Source: Octopus sinensis (taxonomy: Eukaryota). Taken from it: a stretch of 64,000 nt of DNA. The notes beneath the pieces were generated by a model that was given only the letters and a program-made list of their open reading frames with translations, did no database searches and was not told the origin of the DNA. The stretch is from positions 21,120-85,119 of the forward strand of contig NW_021833914.1 of the NCBI RefSeq assembly GCF_006345805.1, written 5' to 3'. Every line of letters begins with the position of its first letter. Positions within the stretch are counted from its first letter, which is position 1. Shown one piece after another: positions 36,299 through 49,410 of this stretch. Position numbers and translations under genes: made by a program.

Positions 36299-39200
36299 AT
36301 GGCTTTATTCTTAAACATTTTTATTGTTTATGACTTTACTTTTATTTGGATTTAAGTGTTAGAACGAGTATAACCATGCTTTTACACACCAAATAATCTG
36401 ACAAGTTATTTTTAAACCGGAGAACTTTTGAGAAATTAGTTACTTGTCAAATGAGAACTGAGCTTTTTCAGTTTTTTAAAATTTTATAAAAATATTTGTT
36501 TGTATGTTTTAGGAGATTGATTCTGTAAATAATAAAACAATAACTGGCATTTACTGCATTCTAAGTATTCCTTCTACCGAAATATGCAATTTTTGCGAAT
36601 ATTTATTTTGAATTCTTCAAAAACACTTAAAGAAAATATGAATAAAATTAATAGTAAAGCTCAATTTAATGAAGGTTCACTTCTTTACGACTGTCTAGTG
36701 AAAATTATTTCGATTTTTATAATCAAGAATGGAGTTATCTCAACATGCTACAGGAATTATTAATAGTAGATACATTATCTTCATAAAATTTAAAATCGTT
36801 GTGGTGTTGTGGCGTGTTTATCGTTTTTGACAATTATCTAATGTGTCAATAGAGAGTATAAATATAATCTGGAACTTGGATCGATGTCAGATAGACATTT
36901 GACTTTTTCGATCAGAATTTATATATCACGTGCTTTCTCAGTCCGGAATTCCGAACGCAAATTTTGTGAAAACCTTAATCAACAAATAAAATATTATTTT
37001 GAAACTCAACAATAAAAGGATTGAAACTGTAAAACTGGGAAGAGAAATCCGGCAAGAAGATTCACTCTATGGATCCGTTAAGTATGATCTTAAATATGAA
37101 GTTCCGGAAGGTGTGTCTAACCAAAGTCATCTGCTTGCGGTCTTATATTTGACAAACTATTTGTTGTTTATTGAAAACGTGAAAATAATTGGTGAGAATG
37201 AGAATATTGTTTTAAAAATGATGAAAGATTTTTTCGATGTTTTTTGCTTCAAGAGGGACTCAGAAAAATCTCAGACCAACTTGCACTATGTGAAAGATAC
37301 AAAATGTCTGTATGACTGCGTTGGGCAACTTTACCAGGGAGTTCTGGAGGATAGAAATATCAACGTCAAGAAAAACGAAGTAATGTGACCAATTGCTCGC
37401 AGCTACTGATCTGGCAATTCGCTGTATTCTAATCAATTTACGAATAGATCTTAATCCTGAAAATAAATAACGATTTCAGAAATTTCTCATTTTCTAGGAT
37501 CCTAGTTTTTAGGATCCTAGCGGGATAGTTATTCCTTCAGTTGTTTTTAGTCGGATCTCTTCTCCTTTGTTTTCCATATTACTTAGTCTGTTGAAAACCT
37601 TCCAAAAATGAGGGTTTTTCTTATTCAGTTTTTAGCATTGTCTCTTCATAGCAAGGTCTGAATGATTTTTGCGACATCATTTATCTCTGTTTTCACGGTA
37701 CGAATCTTATCCCGAAGACGAATGCAATATATGGTGTCACTGCATCGTCTTAGCTTCTTTTCAAGGTTTCCCTTCCATTTTATAAGTTTTCCCAAAGATT
37801 CGTCAATCCGGGTTTTTCTGTTACTATTTGACATGATGTATTTTCTGACCGAAGATTTTTGGAGAAAATCCAGTTAGCTTCTCTGAGAATTTTATCGAGT
37901 TTTTCAATTTTTATATTTGAGGAGATGTTTTCTATTGGATACGGTATCAAATGCATTTTCATTGATATCTCGAAGTCAGACCAGATTGTCCGAGACGTAT
38001 CATATCCGATGAAAAGATCTTCGCATATCGTAGATGATGTTTGCATACATAAAGATTGAGGTAGGTGATCACTACCAATGTTTATCTAAATTCTTGGTAT
38101 GCTGCATTGATGAACAAGATCAGCCGATACAAGAAAAACTTCAATACAATCCTCCCCATAACAAGAGAAATGGTTTGGTTCTTGTAAGGTCAAAACACTA
38201 AAGCCGCAGTTCTTCGATAATCTGAGGAGTATATGACCGTCCGAATTTGTATTAGCACACCAGTACGATGTGTGTTTTGCGTTAAGGTCTGCTATTAGAA
38301 TTCCTCCATCATTGTTTTGGAAAAATTCTTCAATAAGATTTGGTTAATTCTTTATTGCTTTGGAGTACATAGCTCCTACAGATATCCATCCAAGGAATGT
38401 TAGTAGTTTCAATGCAATTAGTTCGCAAAAATTTCTTCAACGATTTTCAAGTCCCTCACCATTAGATTGTCTTTATAATGTCAGGTCGCCATGGGATATC
38501 AATCGACTGAAAACCATGGATTTTGTGATGCTGCTTTCCCTTAAGCTTTGTTTTATTAACAACCAATATGTTTACCGATCTAACCAAGTAGCTTAGCTCT
38601 GTAGCCCGTTTCCGAATTGACCGGGGGTTGATAAGCGTAAAAACGCTCATCTCGTCAAGTTTTGGTGACTGTCCTCCATAAAGAGCGCCACCAGTTCCAG
38701 TAAATTTTTAAACGTTTTTTTAGTCGTCGTTTTCGATTTAAGATGGAGATCCTCCAATTGATTCTTGGAGTATTTTTTATGATTTTCTCTGGGTGGCCCT
38801 CATGGAGATAAAGTCAGGTATTAATGCTGATCTTTTTTTCCTCTATTTCCCAACGAGATTTTCAACAAAATTTTTTCCAAATCAGCACAGGTAGCACATA
38901 ATTTTCTTTTGTTGGGAGATTTGAGAATATTACGAGCCTGGTTATAAGCAGTCGAGGATTCATCTAGAACAGGGGTCTCCAAACCCCGGCCCGCCATGTG
39001 ATTTAATCCGGCCCGGCTGTTATAAATATCTTTTTTTGGCAATAAGAAAGGAAATAGATTTGTTTCTCATAAAGAAAAACTGAAAAGAACCACTTTTGTC
39101 AGACACAGAATGGCTTTGTAGATTGGCTTTTTCGTGGACATTACAGGCCATATGAATGAATTAAATCTCAATTCGCAAGGTTAATTTATTATATTTTTTA

Positions 39201-39918
39201 TACCATTTCCTATACTAAATGGGAATTAACGTCAAACAAAGTGGTATTAACGTCAAACAAAGTGGGATTAAGGTCAACTATGTGGGATTAAGGTCAAACA
39301 AAGTGGGATTAACGTCAAACAAAGTGGGATTAAGGTCAAACTATGTGGGATTAAGGTCAAACAAAGTGGGATTAACGTCAAACAAAGTGGGATTAAGGTC
39401 AAACTATGTGGGATTAACGTCAAACTAAATGGGATTAAGGTCAAACTATGTGGGATTAACGTCAAACTAAGTGGATTACGTTTATTATAAATATTATATT
39501 TCGACGCAGCAAATAAAAATGCCACGTAAATCATTGGAAGAGAAAAATCAAATGCATAGAAATAAAATACATTTAATTTCAGCTGCAGAATCAGGTGGAG
39601 ATTGGAAAAAAACAGCACTTGAACTCAATATCCCGAGAACAACGAGAACAATATAATTGGATGCATCTCAAATCTAGGACTCATTTACTGTAAAATCCGA
39701 AGGGGAGCTTTTAAAAAAGAGCAGATATGGTTAACATAAAATTTTAAAAAAAGAATTTTTGGTGTTAATCCCATTTAGTTTGACGTTAATCCCACATAGT
39801 TTGACCTTAATCCCACTTTGTTTGACGTTAATCCCACTTTGTTTGACCTTAATCCCACATAGTTTGACCTTAATCCCACTTTGTTTGACGTTAATCCCAT
39901 TTAGTATAGGAAATGGTA
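39201..39918 (+). mobile_element. non-autonomous Tc1/mariner-superfamily element with long TIRs built of 21-bp tandem repeats
   Basis: TA|TACCATTTCCTATACTAAATGGGA..TCCCATTTAGTATAGGAAATGGTA|TA; unit gtgggattaa(c/g)gtcaaac(aaa/tat), about 12 copies left and about 7 inverted right; HTH-like start MPRKS..AAESGGDWKKTALELNIPRTT. Confidence 0.82.
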
Positions 39919-40278
39919 TAGTTTTGAAGGTGAATATGCTCTTATTTGTGATTTATTCACAGATGTCAAGGCATTTAGGTAAAAACTAGTGCTTTTTGGA
40001 AAACAACTCAAAAATAAAAACTGTTCATTTCGCATTTTGCGAAAATTTCTGTAAAGAAAACGTTTGTAAATTTCCTGTCGAATTTGGTACCCAAATAATT
40101 AAGGATTTGAAGAAACAATTTCTTAAACGATTTTCTGACTTTAACAAGAGAAACGATGAAATAAGGTTTTTTGATAGTTTCATTCATTGAAGGTTATTTT
40201 AAAATCCTTTTCAATGCGAAGCCGAAACTATTCCAAGTTATCTTCAACTTGAAATAATTAAACTCCAATCAGATAATA

Positions 40279-41804
40279 TGTGACATGGGCGGCTGGATAC
40301 GTATGGGCAACCGGTTACATTTTTGACCTTGTAGATGTCAATTTTTAATCATCGATAACTTTGTTTCCCCTCCACTCTAGAGCCAGTCGGTCTCTGCCGG
40401 AGTGATGGAAAGCGTCCTGACGGGATGACTACCTTCCCTTTCAGGGAAGGCAAGTCCCTGATTTGGGACGCAACTTGTGTTGACTCGTTCTCTGCGTCGG
40501 TGTTACTCAAGTCCATCACTAACCCGGGTTCCGCCAGTGCTCAGGCTGAAGAGGCTAAGAGGTCGAAGTATGGAAATATTTCGGACTCTTACGAGTTTGT
40601 CCCCCTCGCCTTCGAAACATCTGGAATTGTCGGCAGGTCTGCGACTCGCCTTCTTGCCAACATTACCAGGAGAATCGCCAAGAAGACCAACGACCGGAGG
40701 GAGACGAGCTGGCTCTTCCAGCGAATCTCGGTCGCAGTGCTCCGCGGAAACTGCCACTCGATACGCAGTGCGGCGACTTTGAGCTGACCTCCAGGCTCTT
40801 TATTAATTCGTGTATAACTTATTCCCCATTTTAATTAAATATTTGTTATAAAAAAAAAACTTGAAAGAATAATGCATTTTAACAAAAAAATTAAAATTAA
40901 TCATTTTTTTAGTCTTGCCATTGGTACCGTCCAAATCTCTCCTTTATCATATTTTATCTATTAAATAAAAATGATTGATTTGCCTCGACTCGATTATTTG
41001 ATAAAATGTTAATTATTTCAGCGCCCGGATAGAAAGGAGACTCGAATTTATCCATCCCCTGTGTACGGGGATTGTTTGGTCTTCCATGTATCTGAACTAG
41101 ATTGAACTCTTCGCATAGATCTCTCAGAGACACATTCTTGAATTCTGAACCATTATCTAATTGCAAAATTTTTCAAGGTCTATATAGGTAGAAAAATGAT
41201 CTTAAGTTGTTGCATACTTCTTTTGAAGATTTATAAAAAAGTGTTCTGACAAATGCAAATCTGAATAAATTGTTGAGAGACCTACTACCAACCTACTATA
41301 ACACCTACTACCAACCTATAATTATTACAAACTTTTTTAGATCTACAAGATCTAGCTGAAACCTTTCATTCGGAGAAGAAGCAAAGATATGATGATTCAT
41401 ATCACCAACCTAAATTAAAAATTAAAAAGAATTAAAACTTTCAATGGACAGGCAAATTTACATACTTCACAATTTCGAATGACTTTTGTGATTTGTTTAC
41501 TCCTCCGTGTGAATATTCGTGTAGAGATTTAGCTACATGCTCCATTTCAGTTTCGTTGTCAAAGTAATACAATCTGTGCATTAATCGTAAATATAGAGTA
41601 CCTTTCATTGATTATTGTAAAATTCTCGATCTTTTTTATAAGTCTATATTTTGCTTGCCTAAAAAAATCTTCGGGAATTTATTTTCCAAAGCATCTTTTA
41701 AAATTCGATACTCTGAAGAATCTTTGACATAACCTCTATAAGAAGCCATTAAAAGGTCAAAAAATGTAACCGGTTACCCATGCGTACGCGTTGCCCATGT
41801 CACA
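40279..41804 (-). mobile_element. Ginger2/Tdd-type DNA transposon nested in the hAT
   Basis: TIRs TGTGACATGGGC..CCGGTTACATTTTTGACCTT and its inverse; 5-bp TSD taata; host frame QSDN|ILKDKY restored on removal; integrase HEYSH..CEVC, ERFQLDLVDL, QLDNGSEF, HGRPNNPRTQG. Confidence 0.9.
40365..40859 (+). mobile_element. CRE 3' fragment with poly(A), nested in the Ginger element
   Basis: LEPVGLCRSDGKRPDGMTTFPFREGKSLIWDATC..QRISVAVLRGN; A-run at 40850-40859. Confidence 0.9.
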
Positions 41805-42881
41805 TAATATTCTGAAAGATAAATATGAAAAACAGAATATTATTCAATTTTATAAATATTTAAATTCTAATCAATTTCCAATTTTGAAACGATACGCATG
41901 CGGATTTATATCTACTTTTGGTACAACATACCTTTGTGAACAAACATTTTCAAGAATGAAATATGTAAAATCCAAATATCGAGCAACTTGTCGGATGAGC
42001 ACTTAAAGTTGCTTTTGATAATCGGAACAACAGACTTGACGCCTGATTACAATAAAATATATAAAACGAAAAGTCAGTTTCATCATTTTCATTAAAAGCT
42101 AATGTTTAAATCTTTCTTGTTATTCTGTCTTTTTAGTCGTAGTTAAAAAATTAGGAACATTATTAAATCTAATTGATTTTACACTATGGCCCACGGTCAT
42201 CTACCAAATATTCTATCCGGCCCGCGTTGTCAAAAGTTTGGAGACCCCTGATCTAGAACTTGGAGCCCGTGCATTTCAAGATGGTCAGCAATAGGCAGGA
42301 TTTTTGTTTCCCGATAGAGGTGGTCAATGGTGGAAGATTCTAAACGTCTGATTCTCGTTCTAAGCCCAGCATTCTATGTTTTCTCTTGTTATTTACTTCA
42401 ACGTAGATTTAAACATAAGTTACTTTGTTACAAATGAACTTTATTTACGTCGTTTCAACATAAAAAAATGTTTGCCAGGAAATTTAGTAATCATACAAGT
42501 TAATTACAGCTTTTCATTTTATTTAGTCTCTTGTTCTTTTACTAACTTGTTCAATTGCTTTTGCATAAAGATATTTTCCATGTGGGAGCCGAACGCTTTA
42601 TTTTGTGTTAAAAGCTACATGATCCTTAATTGACACCAAGCTCCTACAAGATAGTGAGACTAGAGTTAAATGACAAGCAAAGGACTTCAATGAAAAACAA
42701 AATTAATAAACTAATCCCAAAAATTCCAATGATGAGTCAGCATAAAACCTTTTTTACTTTATTAGCTTAAAATCTGTTTGAGTTTTGTTTGTTATTTTAA
42801 CTTTTTGACAAATAAATTAACTTATATTAAATTGTTTTAATCATAATATAAGTTCATAATTTGTTATAAATTATTAATCAA

Positions 42882-44449
42882 ATGGTCGACGCATTCCGTG
42901 AATATCTGCGATTTCCAACAGTCCAACCAGATCCTGATTATGGTGACATTCTATTAAATAAAAAGCACTTTTAGGTCCTGCAGTTAAATTTCTCTCTGAT
43001 TTAGCCCTTGGAATAGGGCTTCAGCTTACCGTTTTAGAATTTTATCCAACAAAGCTGATTCTTGTAATAAAGTGGCAAGGGAACGACCCTGAAGCGGAAT
43101 CAATTTTACTGAATTCTCACATGGACGTTGTTCCAGTGTACAGAGTATTTATGTGTAAATTCAAATATTTTAAGGAGAAATGGACATTTGATCCATTTGG
43201 TGCAGAAATGGACAATGATGGGAACATCTATGCACGTGGAAGTCAGGTTTAAATATATTATAAATGTGGTTAGGATATGAAATGTGTCACAATTCAGTAT
43301 TTTTTAATTTACTGACGTCAGATATTTAGAAGCGATCAGAAAACTCATCAAAGAAGGTTATGTTCCGCGCCGAACTATATACGTCAGCGTAGTACCAGGT
43401 TTATAATTTTTATTTTATTGTTATCAGATGAGGAAATCGGTGGACTGACCGGAATGGCGACGTTTGTGAAGAGTGAGTATTTTAAATCTCTCAACATTGG
43501 TTTTGCCCTTGATGAAGGTGTTTTATTATGTCACTAAGAGTTGTAGGAATTGCATCCCCAAATGCAACGTTTTCAGTTTTTTATGGCGAAAGGACTGTAA
43601 TGCGTTTGATTTTTTTGACTTGAATGATTTATAGCATTCAAATTGACGTGTCATGGAAACCCAGGCCATGGGTCACTTTTTTTGGAGAACACTGCAGGAG
43701 AGAAGATGGTAATAAATTTTACGTTTTAAATTATAGGCAAACTGTCTCGCTGCAGTACAATCTTTCCGCAATAATGAAAGACGAAAACTTGAAGAGTTGT
43801 TATGAAACTGTTAATTTTAGAAATCCCGGGATGAAACTGGGAGATGTAACAACTGTCAATTTAACTGTTCTTGAAGGCGGCGTACAGACAAACGTTATCC
43901 CGGCCACTCTTTCTGCCAGTTTTTTTTCTTATTTAAGCTATTTGAAGCATTTGATTTACGATTACCTTCAACCACAAGTTTTACTGAAATTTGTGATCAG
44001 GTTTTTCCTGAAGCTGAAAAAAATGAGATTTTTATCAATAAAATTTATGTTTTATTTGAATTTTTGTAATATTTGACAGGATAGTGAACAAATTCAACCT
44101 TCGTCCCTTGATTCCCCGTTTTGTAAATCGTTTTTTTCTGCTATTGATGAACTGTGAGTTTTAATCAATAATTGAGTTAAATTATATTTTAATTTTAAAT
44201 TTTTGATAAAAAACTTTAGTGAACTGGAAACACAGGTCATGATTTTTCCGGCAGGAACTGATGCAAGATATCTTCGTGGAGTACATTATTAAATCTAACA
44301 ATACATAGACTGGAATTCCAGTTCTCAATTTTTCCCCGATGAATAACACTCCTGTGCTTCCTCATGACCATGATGAGTATCTAAATGTTGATACGTTTTT
44401 GCGAGGAATTGATATTTATCAGATCATTCTCCAAAAAATATCAACTTAA
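42882..44449 (+). CDS. ACY1: aminoacylase-1 (M20A), 14 exons, intact frame
   Basis: [103 protein letters not shown]. 13 GT-AG introns (12 of about 25-32 nt, one about 65 nt); metal ligands retained. Confidence 0.95.
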
Positions 44450-45179
44450 TCTAATTTAATTCTAATTTGATTATCTCGATTTTTCTAACCATAATTTAAT
44501 ATTTAATTTTTTTAATATTACCCACAAATGATTAATTAATGATGAAAAGAATTTGACCATTATCATTTTTCTATTTAATGTATTTTTATTTAAGAAAAAA
44601 AATTTCTACAGATATTTAGTTCATTTGAAAAATACGTTTATGAGTCAGCAAATGTAGTTTTTTATTACAAAAATTGGTTTTTATTTAATCTATTTTATCA
44701 TTAACAAAATGTAGATTAACAAATTGCCAATTAAATCATTAATAACTCTTAGAATAATGGTCGGAAAATTAATTATCAATTGTATTAAAATGTATAATGA
44801 TTGACTATTAGATTATTTCAAATAATTTCTTTTTGGATAAATCATAAAATCAAAAACAAAATTAGATGCTAGCTAGGTAAGTAGCTAAGAGAATAATCGA
44901 GAGCCTAAGAGTCAGCTTAACGAACCGCGGGGTGCGTATTTTCGTTGAGCACAGCGACCGAGAGTTGTCGAAAAAGCCAGCTTGTTCAAGTAACTTAATA
45001 GAAATTTTTTAAAAAATTTGAAACTTCATAATCCTGATAAAATTGGTACACCCGTTCATCACAGTCAGATTGAAATTATTGATTTTAAAGCATGTAATGC
45101 TTATCTATCATACAATTGTTAAATGTATGAAGAGGAAATAAACGACAGTTTATGTAGAATAACGTGAGGCGACGAGTCC

Positions 45180-45430
45180 TGTGAATGGAATCTCCTACCT
45201 GCCGGATCTCAGCGTGGCGTAATGTGGTTTACCATGTTAGTTGGAACTTCAATTGATATGAAAACGCTCAGAGGGCACCTAATCCCTACCGAAAAAGAAC
45301 TTGTAGAAATCTGACCCCAAGGAAATCTTTTTCACAGGTCGATCGAACCTTTCCGAAGGATCTCCGTCTCTTGCGAAGTGCATCGAGGATCATGGGAAAT
45401 TATAATTAACAAGTTCACCCTGGTCCTTTG
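45180..45430 (+). mobile_element. Ingi/I-like LINE 3' remnant, paralogous to 56390-56640
   Basis: Shared ttggaacttc..aaacgct..gatcgaacctttc.gaaggatctcc..attataattaac; translates as LP.G..W..DRTF.KDL. Confidence 0.55.
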
Positions 45431-45589
45431 GTCATTAATAAATTTCTCAAAAAATTATAATTGAAAACATATTGAAATTATTTATGTAGATCATGCTCAC
45501 TAAATAAGTTTTTTCAATTCCTTTTGAGCTGAATTCATATTCTTATTAGCACTACGCGATGTCAGTAGGCATGTGAAGTCACCTTTCTA

Positions 45590-46130
45590 TGTTTTGTTAT
45601 ATTCGAGCCAGGTCGCGTAACATGTAAAGATCCTCGTTATCCTTAAAGCGCTTCTCATTTTTTTGAAGTCCTCGTGAAGGACAGACGACACTGTTGTCTT
45701 TGAGCAGCCTCTGAAATGTATTGCGTCCAAAGAAAGTGATCCTACATGGCGCTGAGTTTGTGCGGGTATCTATATCTATCCGAGAATGTGACAAAACATA
45801 TTCAATTTGGCCTCTAGAATCTCCTCAAAATTGACGTGGTTCTTTCTCTCTTATAGAGGATTTGGGACGACATTTTTGATCGACTTCGCGAAAAAAGAAT
45901 TAGTTGTAGCTGATCTCTGAAAAAACAGGTTTAGAATTTTGTACTTCTGTTTTGTACAAGTTCATTTTAGCTAATATCTCACAAAGCTTGCCAACACCAC
46001 TGGTGTTAGGATCTCAACACTACCCTAGTTTCTGAATAGGAGTCTCTCTCCTGTTGCTAGAGAGGTGCATCTTTTATACATTCCAGTTTAGGATCTAAGA
46101 AATGACTGCCTAGTTTCTGTGTTTCCTATT
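45590..46130 (-). mobile_element. RTE-clade LINE remnant
   Basis: ..QILYKR..MFCHIL..DLYMLRDLAR, paralleling 55920-56290. Confidence 0.5.
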
Positions 46131-49089
46131 TAAAGTTAAATTATATAATTTTTTTTAAGTGTGTTAGTAATATTTTTAAAATTTGATTATTATTATTTGT
46201 TGTGTTATTTATTATTAATAAGCACACTGCAAAATAACGTTAGTAAAGTTTCTCGCTTGTTATTTAAGAGAGGAAAGAGATTTCCAATAATCGGGACTGA
46301 GAATCTAAATTAAATAGTCTAGCTAAAGTATATACAATTAACGTCTATTTGTTAAATTGATTTTATGGCAGATGATGATTCTTAAGTCAGTCATGATTCT
46401 GATATAAGAGATGACTCTTACTTACTGATGCCGGATAACACTTTATTAGGATAATTTTTTATACCTGAATTTTATATTATATCAGTAGTTATTAAAAAAT
46501 AGACATTCAATTAGTTCGATATGATGCCATCATTCCATCATGCATGCCTTGTATGTTGATGCAATTAAAGTGAATTTTAATTGCTTTAACTATTAATGAC
46601 CTACCTAATGAATTTTCTTAGAAATAGTCATGTTAATAAAGCAGTGAACTAATGTGGTGGTCTCATTTAAGAATCGCATCAATCAGGACTGGAATTCCTC
46701 CAGTTAAAAAGACATGAGATTTATATGTATTATTTAGGTAGGTTAGTGATCGTGGGAAATAGTCCTGTTGACACGAAAGTAGACATGGCCTTGAAAACAA
46801 GTGTATTTCATAAAATATAAAATTAGATAACAATATTTGAAGTCGTGTTTACATTTAAAGGCAACTCAAAGCAAGTCGAAGTAGATAAATTTTACAAGTA
46901 TAATCTACTTGCTGGACAATTTGGCACAGTCACAATAGTCCTTGTCGTATTTACATGGGATAGAATAGTGAACAGTTATAGTCCTACATAAAAAATTAAA
47001 TCTGGACTAATGGATACATCCAATTAGTGACAATCAAGAAACGTTGGCAAGCATGATCGCTATCCATGCATTGCATTAAGGTTGACAACAACAAAATTGC
47101 GGAAGAAGAAAATAATCTTATCGTTAGGAAAGAGTAATTTCGAGTGTCAGTTGACCTGTCAGAGGAGTCGGCTTTCTTACTACAATAATATTAGGAGAGG
47201 TGTCGAGACGTGATCGGTCCTCGGAGTAGTTGTCTTATAGAAGAAACATCAATTAATGATAGTTAAATTGAGTATTGTTAACCCAAATAAATAAAATATT
47301 AACTAAGATAATCTCATCGAAATCCTTGTTGAGCTTAGTTTTCTTAAAGACAAATTACTAAAACTCTTAAATGATTAGGTTCTCAGTCATTTTTTTTCTT
47401 CGTATTGAAGAGAAAATTCATTTGATATCAAACTTAATAAGTACGAATTCTCCATTAAATAATATGAAGAATAGTTTATAGTTATCATTAAAGTGATGAC
47501 AAAAGACAATCTTCCTATTCTAAAAAGTATGTCACTTGTGTGGGATGCGATCTACAAAGGCAAGTTTTTTGTGTTGAAATTATCTCTTCGGCCGTATTCC
47601 TTGCGCACGCAGGAGCGTGTGAAAATCGACAAATATCAAATTCTCTCATATCATCTTTTTTGCTCCCGTCTTAGTTGAAGTCTTTGGAGATGCAGGAAAT
47701 TTTATCTATGACCTCAGAAGTAGGATTTCTTCGCGTAAATGTGAGCAAAGTGAATCATCATGATTCCTACAAAGAATTTCAATTGCCATTTTTCTAAAAA
47801 CAGTCAATTTATTCTCTTTGCACATTAATTGATTCTAAATCTTAACTTTTTTCTAAAACCCTCCTGAATAGTCAAAGAAACAAACCACTCAACTATTGAA
47901 CTAATCTACAACAAAACGAATGGAATCCAAAAAGAGAGACCTCTAAAAGTGTGGTTTTTACTGAAACAGCATTGGAGGAAATTGTTTCCTAATCCTGTCC
48001 GAAGAACCCGTCGAAAAATGTAAAAACGGAAAAGTCCTGATAAACCTTGAGCTTAGACAATTTCGAATGCCATTTGGATCTCCTTTAAAGCAGAGTTAAT
48101 TGCAGCGCAAGCTAATGCCAACATCCTCAATGTTTTTGACATAGCATTTCCCGCAAGTTTGTAATAACTCGTTTCTCCTTCAACAATCATTTGAACTTTT
48201 TTGATTCAGCAATCCATGATTAACCAGTTTTTGTTAAATCGTACACTGATTTCATTTCTGATTTTATAGTAGCATAAAACTTTGAAGATATTATGAACAC
48301 AGGAATATTATTTGTTGATTTGATATTTTGTAAAACTTCAAACATACCGTTATCAGCTCAGAAATAATTTTAGAAATTTTGAACTCATTTAGTTAAAGTG
48401 TTTAAAATTCAGAACTTTTTTTAATTGATAACCTATGAAATTGACGTATAAATTAATGCTGTATCTAAATTTGTTGAAACAAACAGAAGATACACACCAA
48501 TTTTCTTGATTTAAATTCCTACTAATTCTTATTTTGTTTTTTTGTAAATAAACTTTTTATAATGGAATTTCAAAATTGAATTTGTTTGAAATTTTTATTT
48601 ACATTTGAAATAAATATAGATTTCCGAATCGAAATGTTAAGAAAATAATGTCCTCAAACGTGATTTTTTGAATATCCAACTTATAAAGGACGTCCAGAAG
48701 GATGTCTTCCCAGACACTTTCGGAGGATTATGCTGTCATCAGGGGTTGATTGAAGGACGCTAACGATCAATTGGTAGCGCAAAAGTGGATTAATTAACTA
48801 ACTTAACTAAGGTGATTTTTTATTACCAATTTTGCATTTATTGGATCTTCGTTCCGACTTTTGAATGAAAAAAGAGTTTCTCGCTTATTCAGCTAATGAT
48901 TTACATTTTTTAAAATCTTGAGATTATGCCTAAGATTCAGGAGACAATAAGAAACAGTGAAAAATGCAGAGGATTTTACAAGTGAGTATGATATAGATTT
49001 CTGCTTTTCTCAAAATTTAGATAAAATACTTATGAAATGCGAAAAATAAATGAACTTGTTGAAACCTTATTGGGATTATGGAAGAGTAG

Positions 49090-49410
49090 TTCTCACCCGG
49101 TCTTCACAAACATATATCTTCAATACATCAAACCATGTTTTTCCTATGCTTGTGTTTACGGGAACCTTATTTATCAACAGGAGGAAAACCGAGAAGGCTC
49201 AATTAAGGGCGTGCAAATAAGCCAAACATTGGTCAAATGGAACAAAGGTTCCGGGGCGGCTCGTTTGGAAAATCTGATTAAGCTGAACTTCAGATTGCCG
49301 GTCTATGTCTTTGCAACCAACCATTCATTCGTTGCGTTGTGTGACTAGTGGGAAGATTACCGTGCAAAGATGAGGTCCTTTGTGAAGTGAATCCGGATCA
49401 CGTAATTAGT
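49090..49410 (+). mobile_element. LINE ORF2 3' end
   Basis: IYLQYIKPCFSYA..EKAQLRAC..LENLIKLN..WEDYRAKMRS; homologous to 10890-11140. Confidence 0.65.

Larger units (their letters stand above)
38970..42250 (+). mobile_element. SPIN/GTF2IRD2-like Buster hAT with TIRs, perfect TSD and intron-containing transposase remnant
   Basis: CAGGGGTCTCCAAAC..GTTTGGAGACCCCTG; TSD atctagaa on both sides; LAFFVDITGHMNELNL, KRFSDF, LQLEIIKLQSDN, STFGTTYLCEQTFSRMKYVKSKYR. Confidence 0.93.
37540..42370 (-). mobile_element. LINE remnant (APE + linker) interrupted by a hAT
   Basis: Minus 38060-38400 GILIADLNAKH..W..TNSDG; CEDLFIGY shared with 63390; LINE-like sequence on both sides of the hAT TSD. Confidence 0.6.

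Noticed and set aside
39219-39989. Repetitive ORFs (NYVGLRSNKVGL.. and SLTLIP..)
   Set aside because: Artefacts of 21-bp TIR repeats.
43624-44076. 150-aa ORF as a stand-alone gene
   Set aside because: It is read-through across ACY1 exons and introns.
45990-46130. HDV-like ribozyme at the 5' side of the RTE remnant
   Set aside because: The nested double-pseudoknot pairings could not be identified by eye.
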